From: Candidatus Tayloriibacteriota bacterium
GTDB lineage: Bacteria; Patescibacteriota; Minisyncoccia; Phycocordibacterales; PALSA-1337
NCBI GenBank assembly: GCA_016215455.1
Contig: JACRJP010000002.1
Coordinates: forward strand, 151,622-215,621
DNA length: 64,000 nucleotides
Reading direction: 5' to 3'
Part shown: piece after piece, positions 9,929-19,357 of the stretch
Position numbering within the stretch: the stretch's first letter is position 1
Layout of the letters: every line of letters begins with the position of its first letter
Notes under the pieces: generated by a model
Seen by the model: the letters and a program-made list of their open reading frames with translations, nothing else
Told to the model about the DNA's origin: nothing
The model's database searches: none
Program-made: the position numbers and the translations under genes

Positions 9929-10189
9929 TCACAGGAAGTGCCATTCGCCGTTAACACGTCGAGCAAGCACTTCGCGACCAGAATGAGGTAACTTTACCTT
10001 CGTAACCCCACCATTTTTCGGTGGTGGAACGTGTGGGGTGGTGGTGTAATGCCGCATACCACTCCCGTATCTCGATAGCGGAGCCTGATTGGTTACAGGT
10101 GTTTCGACCCATTTTGATCCTCGAGGATTTCTACCCGAACGACGATCTTCGAGTTTTTTGGCGTAGCCGCGCTTTTTCTTATTTGCCAT
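9929..10189 (-). CDS. Small basic orphan protein
   Basis: 86-aa ORF fills the intergenic space; upstream TTGATT-17-TAAATT promoter on minus strand. Confidence 0.55.
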   Translation of the reverse strand: MANKKKRGYAKKLEDRRSGRNPRGSKWVETPVTNQAPLSRYGSGMRHYTTTPHVPPPKNGGVTKVKLPHSGREVLARRVNGEWHFL

Positions 10190-10257
10190 ACCAATAATAT
10201 TTGGTGGAGTGTGGAAATTTCTAGAGCTAATTTAGCAGACACTGTTTATTTAATCAA

Positions 10258-11145
10258 CTACATGATGTCACCGAGAGTTTTCTTTGCCATTGTCATGACG
10301 CCTTCTTTTGACCAAGCTTTAGCAATGTAGCGATTCTTGTGACAGAATTCTGCATCAGCAACACCTGAAGCTTTTGCGAGTTCTACACGTGCTTTACCAC
10401 CCCATTCTGCAGGGAAGAGAACTCGATAGCTAAAATTCTTACCCATATCTGAGCGAACACACGCAACAACCCATTCACCAGTATTTTGATCGGGATATAT
10501 GACAAGTAACGGTTCTTTGAGTTTACCGAGGATTGATTTCCAAGGATATGAATGTTCGAGAACGATAATACGTTTATCTTCTGCATTTTTATACGCCTTA
10601 CGGACCTCCTCAATATCTTTGAAGAAATATTCTGCTTTCTCTATTTCTTTAGTGAGAACGACTTTGATAAAAGGAATGAGCTCATTGAAGATGTCATCAA
10701 CCGTTGCGGTGTCACGCCATGTTGGAGTGAGGGCATTGAGGACGTTATCAAATAAATAGGGATAGACACCTTCTCGAGTATTGGTGTAGATACTGACACC
10801 ATTGTCAGCAGCATCAATTGGCTGTACAAGTTTTTTATCAACCAAATCAACGACGCGATCGTCACTACAAAGCTTTGGACCAAATTCTTTCCATACAAGA
10901 CCGAAGCTTGCGTAGGGGATACCATTAGGTCGAACACCAGCTCCACCTTCTTGGTGATGATCAAAACGTCCTGTCTTTGGATCATTCTTTCCACTTACAT
11001 CGACACCGAAGTCGGCACTTTCTATTATTTTTGAGTCACGAGTACGAACAACTTTGAGATTGTCTTTGAAGACAAGGAGGAGAGTGGCAATCGCGAATAG
11101 TTCGTCTTGATGAAAGCTTCCGCTATGAGTTGCAACGGTTTTCAT
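10258..11145 (-). CDS. MYG1 family metal-dependent exonuclease
   Basis: THSGSFHQDE, RTRD, FDHHQ, YASFGLVW, IDAADNG, FCH. Confidence 0.93.
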   Translation of the reverse strand: MKTVATHSGSFHQDELFAIATLLLVFKDNLKVVRTRDSKIIESADFGVDVSGKNDPKTGRFDHHQEGGAGVRPNGIPYASFGLVWKEFGPKLCSDDRVVDLVDKKLVQPIDAADNGVSIYTNTREGVYPYLFDNVLNALTPTWRDTATVDDIFNELIPFIKVVLTKEIEKAEYFFKDIEEVRKAYKNAEDKRIIVLEHSYPWKSILGKLKEPLLVIYPDQNTGEWVVACVRSDMGKNFSYRVLFPAEWGGKARVELAKASGVADAEFCHKNRYIAKAWSKEGVMTMAKKTLGDIM

Positions 11146-11220
11146 GGATATGTATGTAGATAATAGTAGCACAATTTAATAAAAAGGCGTGTCCTGCAAA
11201 GTGTGCAAGTCGCCATGAGG

Positions 11221-11868
11221 TCAGCCCATTATTCGAGCCCTGACCCTAACTCGAGATTTGTATTCTGCTCGATGCATGAGCAGAACAAGTGTGAAGGACA
11301 TAACGGTCGATCGCACCGCATACAAAAGTGCTAGCTTGTCATTGCTGACCCACCCTGTGTAGACAGCAAACACGCTTGAGAGAAAGATACACCACCACGT
11401 AAACAGCGATTCTGTGTTACGTTGTGCACCCCAAAGTTTTTGAAGTGTAAGAGTGTATCCTACGATCATGAGTATTTGGGTAAGGATGTTCGGAATGATA
11501 CCAGTTCCTTTGAAACCCCAAACAATAATGATCCACGACAAGGCAATCATACCAGCAATGCCTAAACTTACTTTCTGGAACGGTGTGAACGGGATCCTTT
11601 TCCCTCGTCGGGTAAAGAGGAGTGTTCCGAGTATTGTCGTGGTGTTGATTATGCCAATTAAGTTCACCATATTACTCACGAGACTTTTATTGGGACTTGT
11701 GAGGTAGGTGAAGAATGACAGAGAGATTGTTCCTGCCATGACGATCCAGCTCGATAGGACTGGCTCGATCTTTTTCTTGGTGATGATCAGGTAGATATAC
11801 CAGATTGTGGCACTAATGCCGGTAATCGCGGTAATAACAGCTGACCATTCTCGTGGGGTAAGATGCAA
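11221..11868 (-). CDS. Multi-pass membrane protein, PQ-loop/SWEET-like repeat
   Basis: About 7 hydrophobic segments in two repeats (YIYLII..IEPVLSSW / TLQKLW..TESLFTW); TTG start. Confidence 0.6.
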   Translation of the reverse strand: MHLTPREWSAVITAITGISATIWYIYLIITKKKIEPVLSSWIVMAGTISLSFFTYLTSPNKSLVSNMVNLIGIINTTTILGTLLFTRRGKRIPFTPFQKVSLGIAGMIALSWIIIVWGFKGTGIIPNILTQILMIVGYTLTLQKLWGAQRNTESLFTWWCIFLSSVFAVYTGWVSNDKLALLYAVRSTVMSFTLVLLMHRAEYKSRVRVRARIMG

Positions 11869-12001
11869 GGCTACCTTTCGGTTGCGTTTTTCGTTTAAGA
11901 AAAACGAGTTTCGTTATAGCGGAGAAAGGCCTAAATCTAGTCTTCAAGCCACTTTCTGCTACAACGAAAACTCTTGTAAAGATACAGTTATTCTGAACAG
12001 A

Positions 12002-12030
12002 ATAATAACACTATTTATCGATAATGTCAA
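12002..12030 (-). promoter_or_regulatory. sigma70 promoter for 11221-11868 gene
   Basis: TTGACA-17 nt-TATTAT with TG extension on minus strand. Confidence 0.7.
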
Positions 12031-12054
12031 AATTAGAGATTGGAAACAAATTTG

Positions 12055-12127
12055 TGCGGGATGAGGGACTTGAACCCCCGACCTTCTCAGTGTAAATGAG
12101 CTGCTCTACCAACTGAGCTAATCCCGC
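12055..12127 (-). tRNA. tRNA-Val(TAC)
   Basis: Anticodon arm CTCA-TTTACAC-TGAG, GGTTCAAGTCC. Confidence 0.95.
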
Positions 12128-12217
12128 GCTTTGGTATAAATTTTCAAGCTAACACAATAGATACTAGCGTATTCTCCTTTATTTATCAACCCAAAAAAGG
12201 TAGTATGACTTCCATAT

Positions 12218-12976
12218 ATGGGTAAAGAACAGATTACTGTTATCTACGAGGATAAGGATTACGTCGTCATTAATAAGCCGCCGGGCGTAATTGTGCACCC
12301 TGATGGAAAGCGGGAAGGAGGGGAGTATGTTACTGACTGGTTCCTTGAACACTATCCAAAATCAAAGAATGTTGGTGAGCCGATAGAACAAACTGATGGA
12401 TCAACAATCCACCGTCCAGGAGTGGTGCATCGTATTGATAAAGATACATCAGGAGTACTTGTTCTAGCGAAGACGAATAAAGCCCATGCTTTCCTTAAGG
12501 AACAATTTCAAAATAGAACAGTAAGAAAAAAATACCTTACATTTGTTCATGGAGAATTAAATGAAGCTTTCGGTATCATCAAACGACCTATAGGTCGCAG
12601 CAAGAATGATTTTCGTAAATGGTCAGCTCAGAGGGGAATACGTGGTGAAACACGTGAGGCTGAGACCTGGTATAGTACGATTAAAGCAACAAAGATAGCC
12701 TCATTTCTTGAGGTAGAACCGAAGACTGGTCGTACTCATCAAATCCGTGTGCATTTTACGGCCATCAATCATCAAATCATTGCTGATAGCCTCTATGGGC
12801 CGAATCGTACGTCACTTCTTGGTTTTGAGAGAATGGCTCTTCATGCATCAATGATTTCTTTCTTTAATCCCACAGGAAAAGAGATTGTGGTTAAGGCACC
12901 ATTGCCAGCTGACTTTATTGCAGCTGCTAAAGAAATTGAGGTACCCGAGGCGAAGCTTAAAGATTTGCTAAAATAG
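12218..12976 (+). CDS. RluA/RluD family pseudouridine synthase
   Basis: INKPPG, HRIDKDTSG, TGRTHQIRVH, LHA. Confidence 0.95.
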   Translation: MGKEQITVIYEDKDYVVINKPPGVIVHPDGKREGGEYVTDWFLEHYPKSKNVGEPIEQTDGSTIHRPGVVHRIDKDTSGVLVLAKTNKAHAFLKEQFQNRTVRKKYLTFVHGELNEAFGIIKRPIGRSKNDFRKWSAQRGIRGETREAETWYSTIKATKIASFLEVEPKTGRTHQIRVHFTAINHQIIADSLYGPNRTSLLGFERMALHASMISFFNPTGKEIVVKAPLPADFIAAAKEIEVPEAKLKDLLK

Positions 12977-13003
12977 CAGGCGTGTGCTAGATTACTCCTA
13001 CAT

Positions 13004-13444
13004 ATGGCAACAACTACGACAACAAAGAAACCAGTAACTTCTGCAGTTATTACTGCTGTTAATACTGACGACCGAAAGAAACTCAATCTCAAAGCAGGGG
13101 ATACTATTCGTGTGTGGCAAAAGATTAAGGAAAAGGATAAATTCCGCCTTCAGGCATTCGAAGGACTTCTACTTTCTCGAAAGCATGGTAATGAAGCAGG
13201 AGCAACATTCACAGTTCGAAAGGTTATGGACGGTGTAGGTGTTGAGAAAATCTTCCCTCTCTACTCTCCGATGGTTGATAAGATTGAAATTCTCCGAAGT
13301 TCTAAGGTTCGTCGAGCAAAGCTTTACTTCGTTCGAGAAAAGGCTGCTAAGGAAATTCGACGACAGATGCGACGAATTATGGGTGAGAAGGAAGTTGCGG
13401 CAGAGGTTGTAGCTCCAGCAGTAGAAACTGAAGCAGCTAAGTAA
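13004..13444 (+). CDS. rplS: 50S ribosomal protein L19
   Basis: RLQAFEG, TFTVRK, GVEKIFP, KVRRAKLYF. Confidence 0.97.
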   Translation: MATTTTTKKPVTSAVITAVNTDDRKKLNLKAGDTIRVWQKIKEKDKFRLQAFEGLLLSRKHGNEAGATFTVRKVMDGVGVEKIFPLYSPMVDKIEILRSSKVRRAKLYFVREKAAKEIRRQMRRIMGEKEVAAEVVAPAVETEAAK

Positions 13445-13448
13445 ACTA

Positions 13449-13485
13449 ACAGAAAAACTACTCGACAGCCGAGTAGTTTTTCTGT
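13449..13485 (+). terminator. Intrinsic terminator after rplS
   Basis: ACAGAAAAACTACTCG-acagc-CGAGTAGTTTTTCTGT. Confidence 0.85.
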
Positions 13486-13512
13486 ATAGTGTGCAAGTGT
13501 TCGTTTGAATAC

Positions 13513-13597
13513 GCACAGGTGGCGAAACTGGCAGACGCACTACCTTGAGGTGGTAGCACCCGTTAAGGGTATGGAGGTTCAAGTCCTCTCCTGTGCA
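13513..13597 (+). tRNA. tRNA-Leu(GAG)
   Basis: Anticodon arm CTACC-TTGAGGT-GGTAG, long variable arm. Confidence 0.95.
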
Positions 13598-13672
13598 CAA
13601 AATTGTGATCTAGTATTCTTTTTTAAGATATCCACTTGTGAATAGCAAGATTTTTTTGTGTATAATGGATGT

Positions 13673-16654
13673 ATGAATAAATTTTTAGTTGCTATTTTAG
13701 CGTTAGTAATTTTGTTTCCATTTGATCGTGTGCACGCTGCTGCATACACCGCGACAGATGTATTGGGTCAGGTTTCTTCTGATGGTTCGGCTAATTACAC
13801 AGGGAGTTCGGCAAATAATGGCCTGAGTGCTCCAGCGATCAGTGCTACATCTTCAGTAACGGGTATTCTATACCACTCTGCGGTTGATGAAGTTAATAAT
13901 CGTCTTTTCATCGTTGATGGGGGAAATAAACGCGTTCTCGTCTTTCAGTTGGATAGTGATGGTTTACCAACCGATCGAACAGCGGACTATGTGATCGGAC
14001 AAGCAAACTTTACAGCAAGTACCTATGCAGTCACTCAGAGCGGTTTAAGTAGCCCAAATTCAATTGCGTATGACCCTAATAATTCTCGCCTCTTCGTGGG
14101 TGATAGTAATCGTGTGCTGGTCTATGATGTAGCTACATCAACCATGACAAATGGTATGAATGCTTCGTATGTGTTGGGACAAACAACATTTACTGGCTCA
14201 ACCGGAGCTGTTACTCAGGCAGGGTTATCTGGCATACAAGCTCTCGCTTATGACTCTGATTCAGATAGACTTTTTGTTGGAAATTCATGGCGTACCACAG
14301 TATTTGATGTATCGACATCAACTATGTCGAATGGAAAAAATGCATCAAATATCCTTGGACAATCAAGTTATACTTCAAGTACAGTGATTAGTCCTCCTTC
14401 GAATACATCGATGCTTCCGTATGATCTTAAATATGACACTGATAGCGATCGTCTGTTTGTATTAGATGGATTTGGTCGTCGAGCCCTTGTTTTCAATGCG
14501 GGTACCTCAACGATTTCTAATAATATGGCCGCTTCGTATGTTGTAGCTTGTCAAAACTTTGTAACTTCGTGCGGAGGTCCTATAGGTCAGATACGATCAA
14601 GTAATCCGAATTGGTTGGCGTATGATCCTACAAATAAACATCTGTATGTAGGAGATACATACAGAGTTACTGTTTTTGACGCTGCAACGTCTACTATATC
14701 AAGTGGAGTAAATGCTCTATATGTTCTTGGACAGCCGAATTATACAACTTCAGGTAAGAACATCTCTTCGGGTGGTATTGAGGTGAGAGGGCTTTCGATA
14801 CATGCTGGTGGAAGAAAATTATATGTGTCATCGTACGCTTCTCCACGAGTTGCTATTTTTGACATCACTACTTTGACTGACAATGAAGCCGCGGTAGATG
14901 TGTTGGGGACATATGATGAAAATGGAGATCCGACACACTTAAGATCATCATATACAACGAATAGTAAGGGATTGTATTATCCAGCATCTGTTCAGGTTGA
15001 TACCAATAATCATCGAATTTTTATAACAGAAGGTTCAAATAACCGTGTTGTAGTATTTAATCTTAATTCGAACAATCAGATAGTTGATCGTACCGCTGAT
15101 AATGTTCTTGGACAACCAGGATTTATATCAGATGAGTCAGGAACAGCTAGTTCTACGATGGAAGACCCATATGGTCTAGTAATTGATAGTAGTAATCGAT
15201 TGTATGTTGCAGATAGTGGTAACTATCGTATTAATGTGTATGACGCGTCTACTTTAACCGATGGGGAAGAAGCTTCAAATGTACTTTTGAAATCAAGTCT
15301 TACAACAAGTAGCTGTTCGGATATTGGACAGAACCAAACATGTTCATACTATAACAATCTTGATATCGATAATGATCACGATCAATTGTTTGTCTCTTTT
15401 GCAGATGAAGGTCGTGTCCTTGTATTTGATACGAGCAACTTGGTTAATGGTATGAATGCCTCGTATGTATTGGGGGCACCAGATTTTACTTCATACGGTG
15501 ATTGTTCAGATCGGAATTCTTTATGTGAGCCATACGATGTAGTATATGACTCTAACCACAATCGTCTGTTTGTTGTTGACGCATCTGATAATCGTGTGAT
15601 GGTCTATGATACGAGTAGTATATCTAATGGTATGAATGCCTCGTATGTACTTGGGCAGTCGACATTTACCTCGACTGGATATGGAATCACAGATTCAACA
15701 TTAAGTTATCCTGTTGGGGCAGCATATGATAGTGGTAATGATCTTTTGTTTGTATCTGACGGAAATAATCGAGTCCTTGTGTACGATGTTCAAAGTATCA
15801 CCAATGGAGAATCAGCTATTGGTGTGTTAGGACAAGCGACGTTCACCACATCAAGTTCTGGTGCAACAGCCGGAGCACTCAATGATCCTCATGGACTTGA
15901 TTTCGCTACAAGTACAAACTCTCTCTATGTCGTTGACCAAAGAAATCACCGTATGGTTGTATACTCGTTTCTCACCATCGCAACTTCTTCATTGGCGAAT
16001 GCAACACAGTATCAGGATTATTCAGCAAGTATACCGGCCGCAACAGGTAGTCAGGGGAATGTAACCTATGAAATTTATTCAGGTTCACTACCTGCAGGTA
16101 TGACTCTCTCAGGTACTTCTATTACAGGAGCTTCAACTCAATCTGGAGTGTTTAACTTCACTATTCGGGCAAAAGATACAGTGGGTGTAAGTACGTTTTA
16201 CTCACAACCGGTTCAATATACAATTACTGTTGCAGAACGCGGAAAAGCAGGTAGGGGTGGCGGTGCTTCCTTACCAGCTATAGTAACCGCAGTTGCATCT
16301 TCATCGAGTACGAGGGTGACGACACCAGTACCTGTACTGTATATGCCTTCTCAGATTGTAACGTTAGGAAGTCCTGAATTCCTAAAGATGTTTATTCCTT
16401 TAGTATCAGCTCAGTCAATGGGACTTGGTTCACGATCTAATTCTGTACAACTTTTGCAAAAATTCCTCAATAATCAAGGTTTTGTTATAGCAAAGAGTGG
16501 CCCAGGATCTCCAGGAAATGAGACTGATTATTTCGGAGTTCTTACTCAAAAAGCACTCGCCGCGTTCCAGAAGAAAAACAATATAAATCCAGCGTCAGGA
16601 TTCTTTGGTCCAATAACACGAGGTGTCATCTGGAAGATGATTAATCAAAAATAA
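13673..16654 (+). CDS. Secreted NHL-repeat beta-propeller protein with Ig-like (He_PIG) and peptidoglycan-binding domains
   Basis: Signal peptide; repeated RLFV.D..N.RVLV.D....NG.NASYVLGQ; GSLPAGMTLSG; C-terminal GNETDYFGVLTQKALAAFQ. Confidence 0.85.
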   Translation: MNKFLVAILALVILFPFDRVHAAAYTATDVLGQVSSDGSANYTGSSANNGLSAPAISATSSVTGILYHSAVDEVNNRLFIVDGGNKRVLVFQLDSDGLPTDRTADYVIGQANFTASTYAVTQSGLSSPNSIAYDPNNSRLFVGDSNRVLVYDVATSTMTNGMNASYVLGQTTFTGSTGAVTQAGLSGIQALAYDSDSDRLFVGNSWRTTVFDVSTSTMSNGKNASNILGQSSYTSSTVISPPSNTSMLPYDLKYDTDSDRLFVLDGFGRRALVFNAGTSTISNNMAASYVVACQNFVTSCGGPIGQIRSSNPNWLAYDPTNKHLYVGDTYRVTVFDAATSTISSGVNALYVLGQPNYTTSGKNISSGGIEVRGLSIHAGGRKLYVSSYASPRVAIFDITTLTDNEAAVDVLGTYDENGDPTHLRSSYTTNSKGLYYPASVQVDTNNHRIFITEGSNNRVVVFNLNSNNQIVDRTADNVLGQPGFISDESGTASSTMEDPYGLVIDSSNRLYVADSGNYRINVYDASTLTDGEEASNVLLKSSLTTSSCSDIGQNQTCSYYNNLDIDNDHDQLFVSFADEGRVLVFDTSNLVNGMNASYVLGAPDFTSYGDCSDRNSLCEPYDVVYDSNHNRLFVVDASDNRVMVYDTSSISNGMNASYVLGQSTFTSTGYGITDSTLSYPVGAAYDSGNDLLFVSDGNNRVLVYDVQSITNGESAIGVLGQATFTTSSSGATAGALNDPHGLDFATSTNSLYVVDQRNHRMVVYSFLTIATSSLANATQYQDYSASIPAATGSQGNVTYEIYSGSLPAGMTLSGTSITGASTQSGVFNFTIRAKDTVGVSTFYSQPVQYTITVAERGKAGRGGGASLPAIVTAVASSSSTRVTTPVPVLYMPSQIVTLGSPEFLKMFIPLVSAQSMGLGSRSNSVQLLQKFLNNQGFVIAKSGPGSPGNETDYFGVLTQKALAAFQKKNNINPASGFFGPITRGVIWKMINQK
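15445..15649 (+). repeat. Intragenic 25-bp direct repeat, copies 180 bp apart
   Basis: TAATGGTATGAATGCCTCGTATGTA at 15445-15469 and 15625-15649; near-copy at about 14150-14172. Confidence 0.9.
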
Positions 16655-16660
16655 GAGAGT

Positions 16661-17218
16661 ATGTTTTTCACTCGAAAAGGGGACAAGGGAACAACAACGA
16701 CGTATGGCTGCGATCAGAAAATGTCGAAGAGCTCTGCTGTAGCTGAGGCACTTGGGTCGCTTGATGAGATTAATTCGTATCTTGGTTTAGCGAAAGTTGA
16801 TTCAAAAAATAAAGGATATAAGATCCTAGCAATTACGAAGACATTTGAACAAATTGTGCACGAGATACAACAGAATTTGTTTATCGTTCAAGCTGAAGTT
16901 GCAGGTTTCTCAATGCATATTGATTCACAGAAGGTGACAGATACAGAAAAGATTATCGAAGTAATCGAATCTGAATTACCGCCAATAAAGACCTTCTTTA
17001 TTTCAGGTGGTTCTGAACTCGCAGCACTCTTTGATACAGCACGTACTATTGCACGCCGCGCTGAGCGTCGTGTTGTTGCTGTTTCTGAAGAAGGGAAGGT
17101 AAAACTCGGAGATCATTCCCTGGCTTACATGAATCGACTTTCGAGTCTTTTGTATGCATTGGCACGCTATTCAAATCATGTTGCGGGGGTGTCTGAGGAA
17201 GCGCCGGCGTATAAATAA
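16661..17218 (+). CDS. ATP:cob(I)alamin adenosyltransferase, PduO type
   Basis: FTRKGDKGTT, GSLDEINSYLG, ARTIARRAERR, YMNRLSS. Confidence 0.92.
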   Translation: MFFTRKGDKGTTTTYGCDQKMSKSSAVAEALGSLDEINSYLGLAKVDSKNKGYKILAITKTFEQIVHEIQQNLFIVQAEVAGFSMHIDSQKVTDTEKIIEVIESELPPIKTFFISGGSELAALFDTARTIARRAERRVVAVSEEGKVKLGDHSLAYMNRLSSLLYALARYSNHVAGVSEEAPAYK

Positions 17219-17266
17219 AGTATATTTTTTAGCGTTTCTTCATACCCAGTATGATATAGATAAGGG

Positions 17267-17758
17267 ATGCCGAAAATCCTCTGCAAGATTTGTTCAAAAA
17301 GTTTTTACGCCAAACCTTATTTTTTAAAGACAGGTAATGCGAAATATTGTTCAAATACATGTTTCCATGCGTCTCGAAGGAACGGTAGGTATATTACTTG
17401 TTCTATTTGTAAGAAAAAAGCATATAAAACCAAGAAGGCTTTAAGGTGTTCGAAGAGTGGTAGGTTCTTTTGTGGAAAATCCTGTCAAACCAAATGGAGA
17501 AATGGTTATTATATAAGAGAAAAACATCCAAATTGGGTCAATGGTGAGTCGTCGTATAGACTCCAACTTATAAAATCAAAATCACTCCGTAAGTGTGGAC
17601 TTTGTGCCACAAAAGATGTTAGAGTGTTATCCGTCCATCATATTGACCAAAATCGCAAGAACAATACTCTACAAAATCTTGCTTGGCTCTGTAATAATTG
17701 CCATTTCTTGGTCCATCATTATGAGGATGAAAAACAAGCATTTTTATCGCGTCGATAA
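17267..17758 (+). CDS. HNH endonuclease with N-terminal CxxC zinc-finger repeats
   Basis: CKIC..YCSNTC, CSIC..FCGKSC, HPNW, CGLC..VHHID..N..NLAWLCNNCH. Confidence 0.88.
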   Translation: MPKILCKICSKSFYAKPYFLKTGNAKYCSNTCFHASRRNGRYITCSICKKKAYKTKKALRCSKSGRFFCGKSCQTKWRNGYYIREKHPNWVNGESSYRLQLIKSKSLRKCGLCATKDVRVLSVHHIDQNRKNNTLQNLAWLCNNCHFLVHHYEDEKQAFLSRR

Positions 17759-17766
17759 AATAATAT

Positions 17767-17841
17767 GGTGGCTATGGTGTAATAGTAGCACAAGAGTTTG
17801 TGGAACTCTTAGATCCGGAGCATAACCGGATAGCCACCCCA
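17767..17841 (+). tRNA. tRNA-His(GTG) with G-1, C73, CCA and atypical D/T loops
   Basis: Acceptor GTGGCTA/TAGCCAC; anticodon arm AGAGT-TTGTGGA-ACTCT; T arm TCCGG-AGCATAA-CCGGA. Confidence 0.88.
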
Positions 17842-17870
17842 AAATATAAAGTGGGGTATAATGCTGGTAT

Positions 17871-18701
17871 ATGAAAATCATATTCTACGTCACAATTGTA
17901 CTGACCGTTCTCTTTGGTATTTCTGCACAAACTACTTACGCTACTGTCGGTGGACCAACTGTTGTATACGATCTTAAGTACGACACAAAGACCAACTCAA
18001 TCTATTACACAGAACAAAGTGATAGTGGGAAGGGATGTCCACCAGAATTGAAGGCGATTTCACTAGCAACGAATGCTACGAAGGTGATTTATGGTTGTGA
18101 TGATGAGACACCTGATTCACAATACGGTAGTCAAACATTTACTGAAAGAATTCGATCTTTTACAGAAAAGTTTACTCCTCTTCAGACGGTGTATCTTAAG
18201 AATAATAAGATCAATGTATCGGTAGATGTTGTGAATGTTGAGAAAATTGAAGATTCATGGGTCATACGGACACATTTTATAGCTCGTGTGTCTCAGGGAA
18301 CATTAAATAAAGCAAACATTCCTTTTGCTGGCTGTAGCGAGGGTCAACCACTTGTTGTTGATGGTTATCGCATTCCTGGTGTAGAAGATAAACTTGTACT
18401 TCTATTTTCTCGAAAGAGTGATTGTTCTGAAGGGGGATATATCGGTGAATCAGTGTATGTTGTCTCAGGTGTGAATTTGTTAAATGAAGAAGGTCCCTAT
18501 GCATATAAGATGCAATCACCCCTCATTCCACATGAAGGAAGTCTAGTAGTATATGCAAAAAAGTACCCCGTCGATAATTCTACATTTCCACAGCAATATT
18601 CGGCTCAAGATAAGTACCTACTCCCGCTATTAATAGTATCTGCAGTATTCATCTTTCTCCTAGGTATATGGATTGGAAGGATGGGTAAGAAGGGGATATA
18701 A
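17871..18701 (+). CDS. Secreted protein with C-terminal membrane anchor
   Basis: Signal peptide, four Cys, C-terminal TM plus basic tail. Confidence 0.75.
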   Translation: MKIIFYVTIVLTVLFGISAQTTYATVGGPTVVYDLKYDTKTNSIYYTEQSDSGKGCPPELKAISLATNATKVIYGCDDETPDSQYGSQTFTERIRSFTEKFTPLQTVYLKNNKINVSVDVVNVEKIEDSWVIRTHFIARVSQGTLNKANIPFAGCSEGQPLVVDGYRIPGVEDKLVLLFSRKSDCSEGGYIGESVYVVSGVNLLNEEGPYAYKMQSPLIPHEGSLVVYAKKYPVDNSTFPQQYSAQDKYLLPLLIVSAVFIFLLGIWIGRMGKKGI

Positions 18702-18711
18702 TATAAAAATC

Positions 18712-19032
18712 ATGATTCATACAACCACACCATCAATTGAAGGTAAGAAGATAACGCAGTACTTAGGTATCGTTAATGCTGATGTCATTATCGGAGCAAA
18801 TATTTTTAGTGATATCTTTGCAAGTGTTCGAGATATTGTTGGAGGACGTTCTGCAACATATGAGAAGAAATTATCTGAAGGTAAGGCTATTGCTCTTCAA
18901 GAACTTGAGGACGAAGCGCAACGTCTTGGCGCAACAGCTGTCGTTGGCGTTGATTTTGATTATGAAACCGTAGGAGGGAAGGGTTCAATGCTCATGATCA
19001 GTGTTTCTGGTACTGCAGTAAGAGTGGAATAA
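18712..19032 (+). CDS. YbjQ/UPF0145 family protein
   Basis: [30 protein letters not shown]. Confidence 0.93.
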   Translation: MIHTTTPSIEGKKITQYLGIVNADVIIGANIFSDIFASVRDIVGGRSATYEKKLSEGKAIALQELEDEAQRLGATAVVGVDFDYETVGGKGSMLMISVSGTAVRVE

Positions 19033-19355
19033 TGAAAAATAAAATTATTGTCAGTGTGGTTGGTATAGCAATCATTCTATGTGCTTGGGCACCATGGCTT
19101 ACTCAAGAAAGAGTTGAACAGCTTGTCATTACTCAATATAACACTCTATGGCAAGGTGTTTTGGATAATCCAGATGTTTCAGGGGTTACTGATTTCAAAA
19201 AAATACCTTTTGGTGCGAAGGGTAGTTTGGTATACACAGGAGGTCTTGCAGAGAGATCAAATGTTTCGTTCAACAAAGGTACAACTGTTTTTGTTTCTTT
19301 TCTAGGAACAGTTCACGGACTAAAATCTCCCGAAGATATTTTTAAGGGTAGATAA
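19032..19355 (+). CDS. Hypothetical exported/anchored protein
   Basis: Overlapping stop/start with ybjQ; N-terminal hydrophobic helix. Confidence 0.65.
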   Translation: MKNKIIVSVVGIAIILCAWAPWLTQERVEQLVITQYNTLWQGVLDNPDVSGVTDFKKIPFGAKGSLVYTGGLAERSNVSFNKGTTVFVSFLGTVHGLKSPEDIFKGR

Positions 19356-19357
19356 TT

